A stretch of DNA of 64,000 nucleotides from Candidatus Undinarchaeota archaeon (GCA_964519305.1 CAZFHY010000015.1:43155-107154), one strand, 5' to 3'; shown: positions 1-9,960, counted from the first letter of the stretch. Numbers and translations: made by a program. The notes: generated by a model not told the origin, from the letters alone.

Positions 1-405
1 ATGATCTACGCGGAAGCCATTGAGCATGGTAACCCACTCCTACTAGAGAACAACATCGCAGACCTCAAGGTAACTGCACAGGAGGATTATTCAGTCAGTG
101 GCAGGACCTATGTAAAGGAGGGTGCCGAGTTCTCCTATGCATCCCTGCAAAGGTTCTGTCACAAACAGGGTATTGATATGCTGGACTTTGACGACATGCA
201 TGCTGTGGACAAGGCAGGTAACGATCTTTACACTGTCAAGGACCGGGTGTTCGACAAGAGCTATGATCTATGCGCTCAGCCACTTCACGTGAAGGACGGG
301 CACGCCTATGGGACTGCCGTCACCAAGGACACGATCGAAGCCAATCTCGACCAGGTAGGTGGCTGGGACAACGTCGAGCGTGTCGAGAACTACTTCATGT
401 ACTAG
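1..405 (+). CDS. hypothetical protein (may be 5'-truncated by the window edge)
   Basis: 134-aa acidic ORF starting at base 1; its stop abuts the RBS of the next gene; no recognisable motif. Confidence 0.6.
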   Translation: MIYAEAIEHGNPLLLENNIADLKVTAQEDYSVSGRTYVKEGAEFSYASLQRFCHKQGIDMLDFDDMHAVDKAGNDLYTVKDRVFDKSYDLCAQPLHVKDGHAYGTAVTKDTIEANLDQVGGWDNVERVENYFMY

Positions 406-413
406 GTGTCATC

Positions 414-1238
414 ATGACCTACACCGACGCTGTTGTATACGCGAATCCCCGTGAAGTACTGGGGTGGGAGCACGATAATACCTACGATGCCCTGGTCGAT
501 GTGGCAAAGGAAGAGCGATGGGAGGAGTTGAACATTCCACCCGCTGAGGTCGTTTACTTCCCTAATGGCGTATCTGAACGCCTTTCTAATGTCCACTATG
601 TCATAGTCAACGGTCACCACCGCCATAATGCTGCAAAGGAGGCAGGCAAGCCCTTCCCAGTGCTCCCTATCGATGTGGGGGAGGACGGCATGGAACGATA
701 CGCCTCCCTCGCCCGCGTCGGCGGTTATGATCCTGAACGTAATACCTACACCCCCATGGATCCGAAGGTCCCCGAGTGGAACGCCGATGGAACACTGACC
801 ACCCACTACCTCAAGGAAACCACGGAAGTAAAAACGCCCACGGATTGGACGCCTTGGTTCAAGATCAATGCCTTGCGCGGAGCGCAGGTACTGGACGGTA
901 CTGTGGACGAGCTGTTGCGCGATCCCGCCTACACATTGGACTCCCATCAGGTGGACGCACTCAAGTTCCAGCTCGGAAGTAAGACCTACGACCACGCCAA
1001 GAGCTCAGAGTCTACCAGCTATGACTATTTCACCGTCGCCTATGCGGGTGGAAAAGAGCACCCCGGCTCGTACGAGGAACTCCTGGTCGACGGAGAGATA
1101 CGTTTCAGCGGTCTCGACGATGAACGCACCTACAAGCTCAGCGAGGTGCGAGACACTCCCGTCCGGAAGCTTCTAAAAGCGAACCGCAATGACACAGTAC
1201 ACGAAGTGACACTAGCGATAGACGTGGACACCTACTAA
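414..1238 (+). CDS. ParB/sulfiredoxin N-terminal domain protein
   Basis: Start moved to ATG 414 behind AGGTG RBS; IPPAEV...YVIVNGHHRHNAA matches the ParB/Srx GHHR signature. Confidence 0.7.
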   Translation: MTYTDAVVYANPREVLGWEHDNTYDALVDVAKEERWEELNIPPAEVVYFPNGVSERLSNVHYVIVNGHHRHNAAKEAGKPFPVLPIDVGEDGMERYASLARVGGYDPERNTYTPMDPKVPEWNADGTLTTHYLKETTEVKTPTDWTPWFKINALRGAQVLDGTVDELLRDPAYTLDSHQVDALKFQLGSKTYDHAKSSESTSYDYFTVAYAGGKEHPGSYEELLVDGEIRFSGLDDERTYKLSEVRDTPVRKLLKANRNDTVHEVTLAIDVDTY

Positions 1239-1255
1239 TCGACCCAAAACCTAGG

Positions 1256-1263
1256 TTTAAATA
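1256..1263 (+). promoter_or_regulatory. archaeal TATA box
   Basis: TTTAAATA about 24 nt upstream of ATG 1287 (leaderless geometry). Confidence 0.55.
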
Positions 1264-1286
1264 CTGACCCTCGGGCGGGCAGCGCC

Positions 1287-2195
1287 ATGACAGGGATCGA
1301 GGTCGATGATCTATATTCACAGTTCAACGCCGGCTACGAGCAGCTGGTTAGCGAGGTCGAAGAGAAAGGCTGGCCCCTCCCTGAAGATCCGGAGCACTAC
1401 TTCCGGTTGTGCCTTTACAACGGCGACATAGCCATCACGGCGACCCTTGGCGCAGACGGGCCGCACCACATCGACATCATGACCCGGGCCGAGAACATGG
1501 ACCGGGCAGGAATCCAGCAGCTCTTCCATATCTATTCCAACCAAATCGCCTTCGAGAAGGGCGATTACGTTCGGGACCCATCGTTGTCGCTCTTCGCCCG
1601 GAACTTGGATGCAACGGACGAGCGCTTCTACATCGGGCAGGACTCCCCGCAGCTCAAACACCACATGGAGCAGGTCCGCGTCGCCTGGCAGGGACATGAA
1701 GATGACGCTCCCTATGGCATGACTGCGGGAACGGCAACGGCCTTCACAACGGCGCTCGAGGTAATCGAAGTCGATTCTGCAGATCTGGAGAACAGGCCAC
1801 GGCACGAGCGGTGGGGCGCGCAGTACAACCTCCAGCGCGGCACACTCAAGAACATCACCCATTTCCTCGACGCACAAGATGGCGTCGTATCGGTCGCTCC
1901 CGACCTGTACTCCGAAGTCCATGGCCAGGACGTGCAGGGCACATCCTCCCTGCACCTCGTCCAGACCGTCGGTCGGCGAGGGATACATATCGCTCTCGAA
2001 CGGCCGAGGGAAGACGAGAACCAGGTCGTAGACCGGAAAAACTTTGAGCGTGCCCTCGGCGAGCTGGAACAGCTCGGTGTCGACCTCTCGGGGGAATGGG
2101 AGGTCACCACCGGCATGGAACATCACGCCTTCAACAAGGAGATTGGTAGATACTTCGAAAGAGGGTACCTCCTCAAGGAGAAGGGAGCGGTCTGA
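1287..2195 (+). CDS. hypothetical protein
   Basis: 302-aa acidic ORF with TATA box upstream, coupled to the next gene; no motif recognised. Confidence 0.7.
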   Translation: MTGIEVDDLYSQFNAGYEQLVSEVEEKGWPLPEDPEHYFRLCLYNGDIAITATLGADGPHHIDIMTRAENMDRAGIQQLFHIYSNQIAFEKGDYVRDPSLSLFARNLDATDERFYIGQDSPQLKHHMEQVRVAWQGHEDDAPYGMTAGTATAFTTALEVIEVDSADLENRPRHERWGAQYNLQRGTLKNITHFLDAQDGVVSVAPDLYSEVHGQDVQGTSSLHLVQTVGRRGIHIALERPREDENQVVDRKNFERALGELEQLGVDLSGEWEVTTGMEHHAFNKEIGRYFERGYLLKEKGAV

Positions 2196-2196
2196 G

Positions 2197-2700
2197 ATGG
2201 TGCTCGAACTATCCATGTCGGACTATGCCGACCTCACGAACGAGAACGTCTATGCTGCGATCGAAGCGTCCTACCGCCTGGCCGGTGACGAGAGGGTGAT
2301 GGTGAAGCTACCGTACGAGCTCAAGGACGCTGAAGGCGAGCAGGATGTGCTTGATAGCGTGCACGAGCACTTCAGTGAACGATATGACACCTTGTCGACC
2401 TTCCTCGAGGAGGAGACTAAGGGTGAGCGCTTCAAGCGGTACGTCACCCACGATATGTGGGTGCCAGAGAACGGGGATTACACAAAGCAGGTCTCGACGG
2501 GCATGCTGGGTCTCATCACAGCCGCCACTGCTGCGACGCTGCCCTTCACATGGGAGCTTCTGCCCATGGTGGGTCTCGCGGGATTCTTCACCGGCGTCGG
2601 CGTGGTCAGCCGGTATCAGGAAGCGAAGCAGCGGGACCAGACCAAGCTGGGCGCGTATCAGGGACTCGCGGAGCTGGACATAGAGTTCGTCTATGGTTAG
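2197..2700 (+). CDS. hypothetical membrane protein (two C-terminal hydrophobic helices)
   Basis: ATG 1 nt after the upstream stop; hydrophobic segments GMLGLITAATAATLPF and LLPMVGLAGFFTGVGVV. Confidence 0.65.
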   Translation: MVLELSMSDYADLTNENVYAAIEASYRLAGDERVMVKLPYELKDAEGEQDVLDSVHEHFSERYDTLSTFLEEETKGERFKRYVTHDMWVPENGDYTKQVSTGMLGLITAATAATLPFTWELLPMVGLAGFFTGVGVVSRYQEAKQRDQTKLGAYQGLAELDIEFVYG

Positions 2701-2712
2701 ACCATAGAGCTC

Positions 2713-4455
2713 CTACGGGAACCAAGCGTCTCCGATGACATGATGTCCTAGGTATCGCCGGATGATGTTCTCCGGACCGAACCTGCGGACGATGCAGCGT
2801 ATTAGGTCACGGGTCGTGCGTGTGGCCCTAGCATGTTCCATCACCAGGAATGAGCAGCGGTTGCCGGGGGTGATGGATACATCATGTCCTAGCACTTTCC
2901 CTCCGTTCACGGTTGCCATACGGAGCGTCTCTTTGTCGGTGAGCCTGCACCCCCTGGCAAGGAGCTCCATCTCGCGGAACATGTCGGGGGACGTTACGAA
3001 GCTGTTGTCGGTCCCGAGCCCGATCTGGAGCCCGGCATCGAGAAGGTCCCTGACGGGCGGGAGCTTGTTAGTGAGGGTGAGATTGGAGCGGGGGCACACG
3101 ATGACTGACATCACGGCGTTTGCCGCGCACGTAGCATGCTTCGGTAGTGCGTGGGTCATGTGCACAGCGATGTCGACCCCCAGCTCAAGAGCGCGGTCCA
3201 ACTGGCCGGGTCGGGGGACCTCGAGCACGTGGGCGGACACCGGTTTATGAGCGCGGTGGGCTGCCGACACCATATCTGCATCCAAGGTGCCCGGGCTAGC
3301 TGCACCCAGACCGTCCGCCTCATTGACGACCGAAGCGAGCTCATCCGGATTATCGGCACGCCCCATCACGACCATGTTCAACGGCGAATAGGTGGTTGCT
3401 TCCCGGGCGAGACGGACGCCTACCAGCCCGCCTTCGCGGAAGTCAGAGACGACACCGGTCCCCATCCGGACCATCTCCCATGCGGTCTGTCGCATGGAGC
3501 TGGCTAACATCCCGGGAGGGGTCTGGGCGAGCAGGCGATGCTTGAGACCATCGGGTGGCGCCACGAGCTCTTGGAGCGGGACGCTCTGGCCGATGTCAAG
3601 GAAGGCGCTGTCCCCCAGGTGGACGTGTGCGTTGACCATAGAGGGGATGATGATGCGGTTCCGTCGGTCACTGGCCACTGGTCCCTCCTCGATCGAGGTG
3701 ATTACACCATCACGGACCACCACTGCACCCTCCACGGGTTCAAGGTCGGGGCCCACTAGGGCGACACCTTCCTCGATAAGGTCCTGAGCGGGGACCTGTG
3801 CACAGAGGCCCTCGACCATGGAAGAGAACCATGCCTCGCCCTTGGCAAAAGTAGCATGTCGCGGGTCCCCCATGACACCCGTATTGGACTTGGCGAGGTC
3901 CAGGTTCTCGTGCGGTCGGGGGCCCGTGGAGAAGGTATCCCACTGAGGTGGTGCTGGTTCCACTACTACGGTGCTCAGGTCCGTACCAAAAAGGAAGGCG
4001 GCCAGCGATCCCTCGAACTCACCGGCGTGGCAGCATCCGCCCAGGGACGAATCCCGCATCGAGTTCACAAGATTACGGTCTACGAGGTGCCATGTGTGGA
4101 GGAGCGTCACCCCTTGAAGAGCCTCCAATGCCTTCTTGTTCCCCCCGTGTCCGTTGATAACAATGATCTGACCTTCAAGTGAGCTCACAAGGTCCTGAAT
4201 ATAGGTGTGAAGCGACTCTGCCGACACTGAGACAGTCCCCGCCCTGGCACTATGTTCGTGGCTGTCGCCGACTCCCACCGATGGAAGGACCTGCGCCCCT
4301 GTACGGTCGGCTACTGCCGACACAAGGCGCTGAGCCACCATCGCGTCCGTGCCCAAGGGGAGATCGGGGCCGTGACCCTCCAGCGAACCTACTGGGACCA
4401 GGAAAGGTCGGACCACGAATCCAGTTCGGGGTGATGCCTCCTCCGAGGCGTACAT
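2713..4455 (-). CDS. fusion of creatininase/ArfB-family amidohydrolase and metal-dependent amidohydrolase (deaminase-type TIM barrel)
   Basis: N-half: PVGSLEGHGPDLPLGTD, SHEH, INGHGGN, HAGEFE. C-half: NAHVHLGDS, LVAPPDGLKHRLL, AHVLE, VHMTH, CPRSN, GTDN. Confidence 0.85.
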   Translation of the reverse strand: MYASEEASPRTGFVVRPFLVPVGSLEGHGPDLPLGTDAMVAQRLVSAVADRTGAQVLPSVGVGDSHEHSARAGTVSVSAESLHTYIQDLVSSLEGQIIVINGHGGNKKALEALQGVTLLHTWHLVDRNLVNSMRDSSLGGCCHAGEFEGSLAAFLFGTDLSTVVVEPAPPQWDTFSTGPRPHENLDLAKSNTGVMGDPRHATFAKGEAWFSSMVEGLCAQVPAQDLIEEGVALVGPDLEPVEGAVVVRDGVITSIEEGPVASDRRNRIIIPSMVNAHVHLGDSAFLDIGQSVPLQELVAPPDGLKHRLLAQTPPGMLASSMRQTAWEMVRMGTGVVSDFREGGLVGVRLAREATTYSPLNMVVMGRADNPDELASVVNEADGLGAASPGTLDADMVSAAHRAHKPVSAHVLEVPRPGQLDRALELGVDIAVHMTHALPKHATCAANAVMSVIVCPRSNLTLTNKLPPVRDLLDAGLQIGLGTDNSFVTSPDMFREMELLARGCRLTDKETLRMATVNGGKVLGHDVSITPGNRCSFLVMEHARATRTTRDLIRCIVRRFGPENIIRRYLGHHVIGDAWFP

Positions 4456-4530
4456 GACTAGTCTATACCGGTCTTTGTTCCGTTATAAAACTTGCATGAC
4501 CGGGAGCGCGCGCGTCGGGGAGACATTCCC

Positions 4531-4538
4531 TATATAAA
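4531..4538 (+). promoter_or_regulatory. archaeal TATA box
   Basis: TATATAAA about 30 nt upstream of ATG 4568. Confidence 0.5.
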
Positions 4539-4567
4539 GATTGCATGGAAGGGCAACGCGGGCCCAT

Positions 4568-6856
4568 ATGGACACAGTGAAAGTGCGGGCGACGGGAATT
4601 TTCCTCTACTCTTTCGGCGCACTCATCTACGAGATAGCATTGATCATGCTCCTACCCCTGCTTACTGGCTTCCTGTTCTTCGACCGGGCAGCTTCGCTCT
4701 TGGCAGTGGCCTGCTTCTTCATCGGCTCCGGTATCGGAGCCGTCATTGGCGCGCGACTGGGCGACCGTTACCTCGGTACTGCCGTTTATGCACAGTTGTT
4801 ATGTGTGCTCCTCCTTCCGCTCTTGGTCCCTTTCTTTAGTTCGAACATTCCTGATATATCATGCCTCTTTTCAAGTGAATGCATGGGTTCATGGGTTACG
4901 CAGGTGAGCGGGGACGCGCGGATATCCAATGCTATATGGGGCGAAGCTCTTCCGAGCACACCGGGGCCGTTCAGTAGGGAATATTATGGTATGGAGTGGG
5001 TGCTGGTCCTGGTCGCTTTCCCGTTCATCAGCGTTGGATATGTGATCTCTCGCGTACTTGGGAGAGCATTAAACGACGGGGGACTCGCTAGCATGTACGC
5101 CTGGGACCTGGCAGGTGCCTGTCTCGGAGCAGCCCTGTGCGGATACCTGATGATCCCTCAGCTCGGAATGGAGCTAACCCTCCTGGTGAGCCTTACCGCG
5201 AGCCTGGCAGGCGCCACCATCCTCGATATTGTCCGACCTCGCCCCCTCCCCGCCCTGATTTGCCTCGTGCTGGCCGCTAACCTCGTTCACATAGGGATCG
5301 AGCCCGGTGTTTCCCAGGGATGCCTCGATGAGGGGGACGAGCTCCTCTTCCGTGGCTGGTCCCCTCTCCAGCGGATCTCCCTCATCCGTTCCCAGAACGC
5401 CCACTGGTTCTGCTTCAATGGTGTCCGCTACAGCCTTGTTGCAAGAGCAGATCCGGGGAACAAAACACTCACCGAGCTCGGTCGGCTCGTATTCCAAGGG
5501 CTGCGTCCGCGTACCGTACTAGTGGTGGGTCCGGGCGGAGGGTATAAGGACGTGTACCAGGCGACGCTCGCCCACGAATCGGACCCTGCCGTGGCCGCTG
5601 CAGTGACCGCGGTCGAGGTGGAGCCGCTCATGGTCTCCACCCTCACAGGTACGTACTCCCACGTCAATGATGGGCTCTATCTCTCCGATGGCGTCAACGT
5701 GATCAATGATGATGGCCGTGCTTTTCTGCAACGACCAGGCGACACCTACGATCTTGTCCTGTTCTCCAAGGTCACGGACCTGGCCACGTTCCGTTCCTAT
5801 GTGCTCTCCGAGAATCGCATGTTCTCCATCGAGGGCATCCGACATACCCTGTCCAGACTCTCTCCTGACGGGACCGTTGTGGTCGTTCTCACCTCGCGGC
5901 ACGAGGCACAGGCACGGCGGCTCATCGCCACGGGTAGGGAACTGGGCGGTGAGCTCTTCCCTGACGGGCGCTGGCAGGACCATGTCAGGCTCCTGCGGCT
6001 CCCGGGTGGGGACACCCTCGGAGATGACCTTGTCATCGCTATATCCCTGAGCCCATCAGCTCTGGGCGTCCTGGACGGAGTCTCCGTGCCCGAGGCGGAG
6101 ATGGTCGCATGGACCGCCGACATACGTCCCCTTTCCATGGACCAGCCATTCGCGTACAACGATCCGGTGGACAACATCCCCTCGGGTCTACAGAAGCTTG
6201 CGGCCGGAGCAGGCGCTATCATCCTGCTATTCTTGGTTACTGCGGGACGTCTGCTGGCCCCGCTTGTCAAGCGACGAGGCCGGGCGTTGAGAGCGCTCCT
6301 TGTGTTCCTCATAATGGGGTGCTGGTCAATGACCTTCCAGGGGCTCTATCTCGCGAAAGCGGGAGAGGTTGTCGGAGTCTCGCTCGTCGCCAAGACCACC
6401 GTCATCACAGCATTCCTTCTCTTCGGCGGTATAGGGAGTCTGCTCGTGCCGCGGATACTTCCGCATCTTCACCTGCTTATCGCCCTTTTGCCTGTCGTGA
6501 ACGTCCTTGTTCAGTCCTTGCTCCCAAATGCTATCACGCCGATCATGAGCCTTCCTTCCCAACTGTTCACCTTGGCACTGTTCATCCTTCCACTTGCCTT
6601 GGTCAACGGGATGGTGTTCCCTGGGACGCTCCTGCTCGCGCGTCGGCTCGAGCCCGAGGTGGATGCTCCATGGGGGTACGCGGCGGATGTTGCCGGTGCC
6701 GTTCTCGGGGTGTTCCTCGCTGTCGGGCTGCCCATAACCTACGGGTACAGCGCCACTCTGCGGTGGTTCCCATTCGTGGCACTGGTCCCCGCAGCGCTCC
6801 TCTACGGACTGGACATCGGGAAGACAGGGAGAGACCGTCTACCTACCACACGGTGA
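4568..6856 (+). CDS. membrane protein with central spermidine-synthase-like class I SAM-dependent domain
   Basis: Multi-TM N- and C-terminal regions (YAWDLAGA, YAADVAGA) around VLVVGPGGG, AVEVEP, DDGRAFL, YDLV. Confidence 0.8.
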   Translation: MDTVKVRATGIFLYSFGALIYEIALIMLLPLLTGFLFFDRAASLLAVACFFIGSGIGAVIGARLGDRYLGTAVYAQLLCVLLLPLLVPFFSSNIPDISCLFSSECMGSWVTQVSGDARISNAIWGEALPSTPGPFSREYYGMEWVLVLVAFPFISVGYVISRVLGRALNDGGLASMYAWDLAGACLGAALCGYLMIPQLGMELTLLVSLTASLAGATILDIVRPRPLPALICLVLAANLVHIGIEPGVSQGCLDEGDELLFRGWSPLQRISLIRSQNAHWFCFNGVRYSLVARADPGNKTLTELGRLVFQGLRPRTVLVVGPGGGYKDVYQATLAHESDPAVAAAVTAVEVEPLMVSTLTGTYSHVNDGLYLSDGVNVINDDGRAFLQRPGDTYDLVLFSKVTDLATFRSYVLSENRMFSIEGIRHTLSRLSPDGTVVVVLTSRHEAQARRLIATGRELGGELFPDGRWQDHVRLLRLPGGDTLGDDLVIAISLSPSALGVLDGVSVPEAEMVAWTADIRPLSMDQPFAYNDPVDNIPSGLQKLAAGAGAIILLFLVTAGRLLAPLVKRRGRALRALLVFLIMGCWSMTFQGLYLAKAGEVVGVSLVAKTTVITAFLLFGGIGSLLVPRILPHLHLLIALLPVVNVLVQSLLPNAITPIMSLPSQLFTLALFILPLALVNGMVFPGTLLLARRLEPEVDAPWGYAADVAGAVLGVFLAVGLPITYGYSATLRWFPFVALVPAALLYGLDIGKTGRDRLPTTR

Positions 6857-9800
6857 TCTCGACGCTGACGAGCTCCTCTTCGTCCTCGTTGACCTCCATG
6901 ATGGCGAACCGCTTGACCAGCTCCACGTCCCGCCCCAGGGCCGGGAGGCGCACATAGTAGTCGAGGATCTCGAGCAGCTGAATGCGGCGGATGATCACCG
7001 GGATCTCCAATGCCTTGACCTTACCCCCGATCGTACATCGGTCATCGTTCTGGTCGCGCACATAGATCTCCAGCTTGGACGAATGGGTGCTCTGGAGACC
7101 CGGCGGATTGAGGATTATGTTGAAGGTGACCTCCTGCAGCACATCGAGCGTGGGCGGTGGCACGGGATAGAGCTGTGCCCAGTGTCGCAGGGAGGCTCCC
7201 GTCTTGATGGTCAGGCTCGTGAGCCCACCGAGGTTCTTGATACGGAAATCGACTGAGCACGGTGTGGCATCGATCGATACACACTCCAGCACCGAGGGAT
7301 GGTACTCGAGCTTCGACTTGCCCTTCATACGCACGAGCACAGTATGGTTGGCGTGCTTCACCCCGGAGACGATCGAGGCGCGCACGGACCATGCCTTACG
7401 CGAGTCCTCACAGCGGTCCGTGTCGGTCCCCTTGTTGTACAGTGGCTTGCATCCCTTGTCCTTGGTGAGATTGAAGTGACCTGTAGCGTTGGTGTTCACC
7501 TTGCAGTTATTGGAGGCCTGCACGACGTTCCCGAACTCGTCGAGCACTGAGATTTTGACCTCGCTGAGCGGGAAATTGCTCTCACCCCAGACCTCCATGG
7601 CAGCCTGCCCGTCAATGACCTCACCGTTCTTATGCGAGGTTATGAGGACCTGTGGCATCTCGCCCACAGTGAACGTGTGAAAGGCGAGGTAGGACTGCCC
7701 ATTGGGCATGACCTTTCCCTCGTTGGGATCCCCTTCAGGGAACACGTCCTCGGCCCAAAGTTCGACGTGGTAGTCCCCGTAGGCGAGGGTCGTTTCGATT
7801 TCGAAGGAGCGTTCTGTCGTCCGCCCTATCTCTACGATGTTGTTCCTGTCGTACACGATAACGGGATCGTCACCCTTGGCCTTGAGACCTATAGAATCCT
7901 TCCCCGGAATGACCATGGACACGTCAGCACCCGCCCGGGTGAAGGTTATCCCCGTCCCGGAACTATTGGACACCGTAAGCTTGGTGTCATCCCCGTTCTT
8001 GACGAACGTAACGATGTCGAGGACCTTCTCGTCGTCATTAACCTCGAGCTTCCAGTCGTTGATGATCGTAGTAGCACCGAGGGAGATGTCCATGAGGATA
8101 TCGTCCCCGCTGCGCGTGAGGATCGCCTTGTTCCCCGCATGAGTGAGCGTCACAACGTTGCCGTTGACCACGATGGAACCCACGCCCACCCAGTCGCCTT
8201 GCTCATGCCAGTACCGCAGGTACTCGCGCAGCCCCCACTGGTCATCGCTGTTGATATCATCCAGACCGCCCCACCCGAAGAGGACCCGTCGCTGGATCCA
8301 TTCGACCCCGCGGAACGTGACCAGATACCGGCGTAGGTCGAGCTCGTCATCACCGGGCACCTCGCCCCACCTGAAAAGCTCAGAGCCCACGTTCAGTGAG
8401 TACCGGAGCGTATCATTGTCTACATTTTCGCACTTCCAGGTGAGGGTGGGATTGAGCTCGGTGGTGACGTTGGGGGCAATGTCATAGGGCATGCCGGGTG
8501 CATCGTTGGCGCACTTGAAGATCGCATCGGTGACCGTAGATACACCACCGTGCGGGTCCTCGCTGAATAGCCGGACGAAGTAGTCCGTGTCGTACGTGAG
8601 GGTGGATGTGATGTCCCATGAGGTACCGGTCGTCTCCTCGTCGTTGACGACGTCGGAGCCGTAGAGAGCTGACCCAACGAACACGTGGTAAGTGAGAGCA
8701 TCACCGTCGTAGTCGAACCCCTTGTCCCACTCTATAGTGGGCGAAGTATCGTGGATTATCTCCGGTCTCAGGTTCGTGGGGGCGTGAGGGTTGGCGTTCA
8801 CGCAACCGTCGATCATTACGGCGTCTATGCTGCTCCATGCCTCTTCGGCCTCATCGCTCACTGCCTTCACATCGATGCGGACCTTGTCGATCTTGGACTC
8901 GGTCCTCGAGATGGTGGGGCTCCAGTACGGACGTTTCTTGGTATTGTCAATGCAGTAATCGGCGTGGTCCTTGTTCGAGAACCGCTCGTACTCGTCATCC
9001 CCCCAGGCCGCGTCCCACACCTTGTTGGCGCTGTCGGCGTACCATTTGGGATCAGTGCTGTCGATGGGATGGACGGTGATGTTCGAGATGCGGCCGGGTT
9101 CGTAATCGAGAACGATCACGATGCGGTCCAGGTACATGGGAGTGGTATAGGAGAGTTCGAGCCAGTCGTGGTCCTTGCGGGTCGAGGGGCGCCACTCCAT
9201 GTCGGCCTTGGGATCACAATTGGACGGATCGGTCGGATTCGAGTCCCACTCGAGAGGTTCGTCCTTGGCTGTAGATGCCGCGTGGTTTGCCTTGTAGGAG
9301 GACGCTGTAGCGCTCGCAGCCCACTGGGTGGTAGTGGCCGAGCACCACGGGACGCCCTCGAACATGCAGACGTGGTCGAAGGTGAGACCTGTCGCGTGGC
9401 GGCCCGAGCCGGTGTTTACACAGTCGCCCGTCTCGACCTGGTACCGCAGCCGCTGTGTGTTCTCGGGTAGGTCCCACGTCTCTTTCACGAAGACCTGGTC
9501 TTTCCCTGACAGGCTCGCCCACTGGCCAGTGTGCTTGCCCAGTGTGCTCCCGCCGCCGTCGTACGCGAACAGGATTATACGGGCATCGTCATTGGCGCAA
9601 TCCTTGTCCGCGGGTTTTTGGGTGATACCATTGACCCACAGTCGGGCGATGGCCTGGTAACCCTCGATGGTCGCAGGAACGACCACGTCCTGATGGAACA
9701 GGTCCTCGTACACCCCTGTGGCCTTCTGCTGGACGCACTTTGAGCCTTCATAGCACACGGAACCGCTCACGGTCTGGACGATAGTGCTGGCGGCCGCCCA

Positions 9801-9920
9801 GTTGTCGGTGCCCTTCTCGAAGTCGGCGTTCTTGACATCGTTGTTGTCGTCGCACTCGTCACCGGCCGACATCGCAAGCAGGAGCACGAGGATGAGGATC
9901 GCGGCGCGGGCCATCCCCAT
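6843..9920 (-). CDS. secreted modular surface protein (carbohydrate-binding-like, discoidin-like and FN3/Ig-like domains)
   Basis: Signal peptide MGMARAAILILVLLLAMSAG; NADFEKGTDNW, WAASATASS, two FN3-like units; start moved from 9986. Confidence 0.75.
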   Translation of the reverse strand: MGMARAAILILVLLLAMSAGDECDDNNDVKNADFEKGTDNWAAASTIVQTVSGSVCYEGSKCVQQKATGVYEDLFHQDVVVPATIEGYQAIARLWVNGITQKPADKDCANDDARIILFAYDGGGSTLGKHTGQWASLSGKDQVFVKETWDLPENTQRLRYQVETGDCVNTGSGRHATGLTFDHVCMFEGVPWCSATTTQWAASATASSYKANHAASTAKDEPLEWDSNPTDPSNCDPKADMEWRPSTRKDHDWLELSYTTPMYLDRIVIVLDYEPGRISNITVHPIDSTDPKWYADSANKVWDAAWGDDEYERFSNKDHADYCIDNTKKRPYWSPTISRTESKIDKVRIDVKAVSDEAEEAWSSIDAVMIDGCVNANPHAPTNLRPEIIHDTSPTIEWDKGFDYDGDALTYHVFVGSALYGSDVVNDEETTGTSWDITSTLTYDTDYFVRLFSEDPHGGVSTVTDAIFKCANDAPGMPYDIAPNVTTELNPTLTWKCENVDNDTLRYSLNVGSELFRWGEVPGDDELDLRRYLVTFRGVEWIQRRVLFGWGGLDDINSDDQWGLREYLRYWHEQGDWVGVGSIVVNGNVVTLTHAGNKAILTRSGDDILMDISLGATTIINDWKLEVNDDEKVLDIVTFVKNGDDTKLTVSNSSGTGITFTRAGADVSMVIPGKDSIGLKAKGDDPVIVYDRNNIVEIGRTTERSFEIETTLAYGDYHVELWAEDVFPEGDPNEGKVMPNGQSYLAFHTFTVGEMPQVLITSHKNGEVIDGQAAMEVWGESNFPLSEVKISVLDEFGNVVQASNNCKVNTNATGHFNLTKDKGCKPLYNKGTDTDRCEDSRKAWSVRASIVSGVKHANHTVLVRMKGKSKLEYHPSVLECVSIDATPCSVDFRIKNLGGLTSLTIKTGASLRHWAQLYPVPPPTLDVLQEVTFNIILNPPGLQSTHSSKLEIYVRDQNDDRCTIGGKVKALEIPVIIRRIQLLEILDYYVRLPALGRDVELVKRFAIMEVNEDEEELVSVEITVW

Positions 9921-9960
9921 GGTGCGTCGCCCGTCCCTCTCTACTCGTCGTCCCACGGGC

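Noticed and set aside
7851-8381. Inserted module as an intein
   Set aside because: No N-terminal Cys/Ser or C-terminal His-Asn followed by Cys/Ser/Thr, and each unit is shorter than a minimal Hint domain
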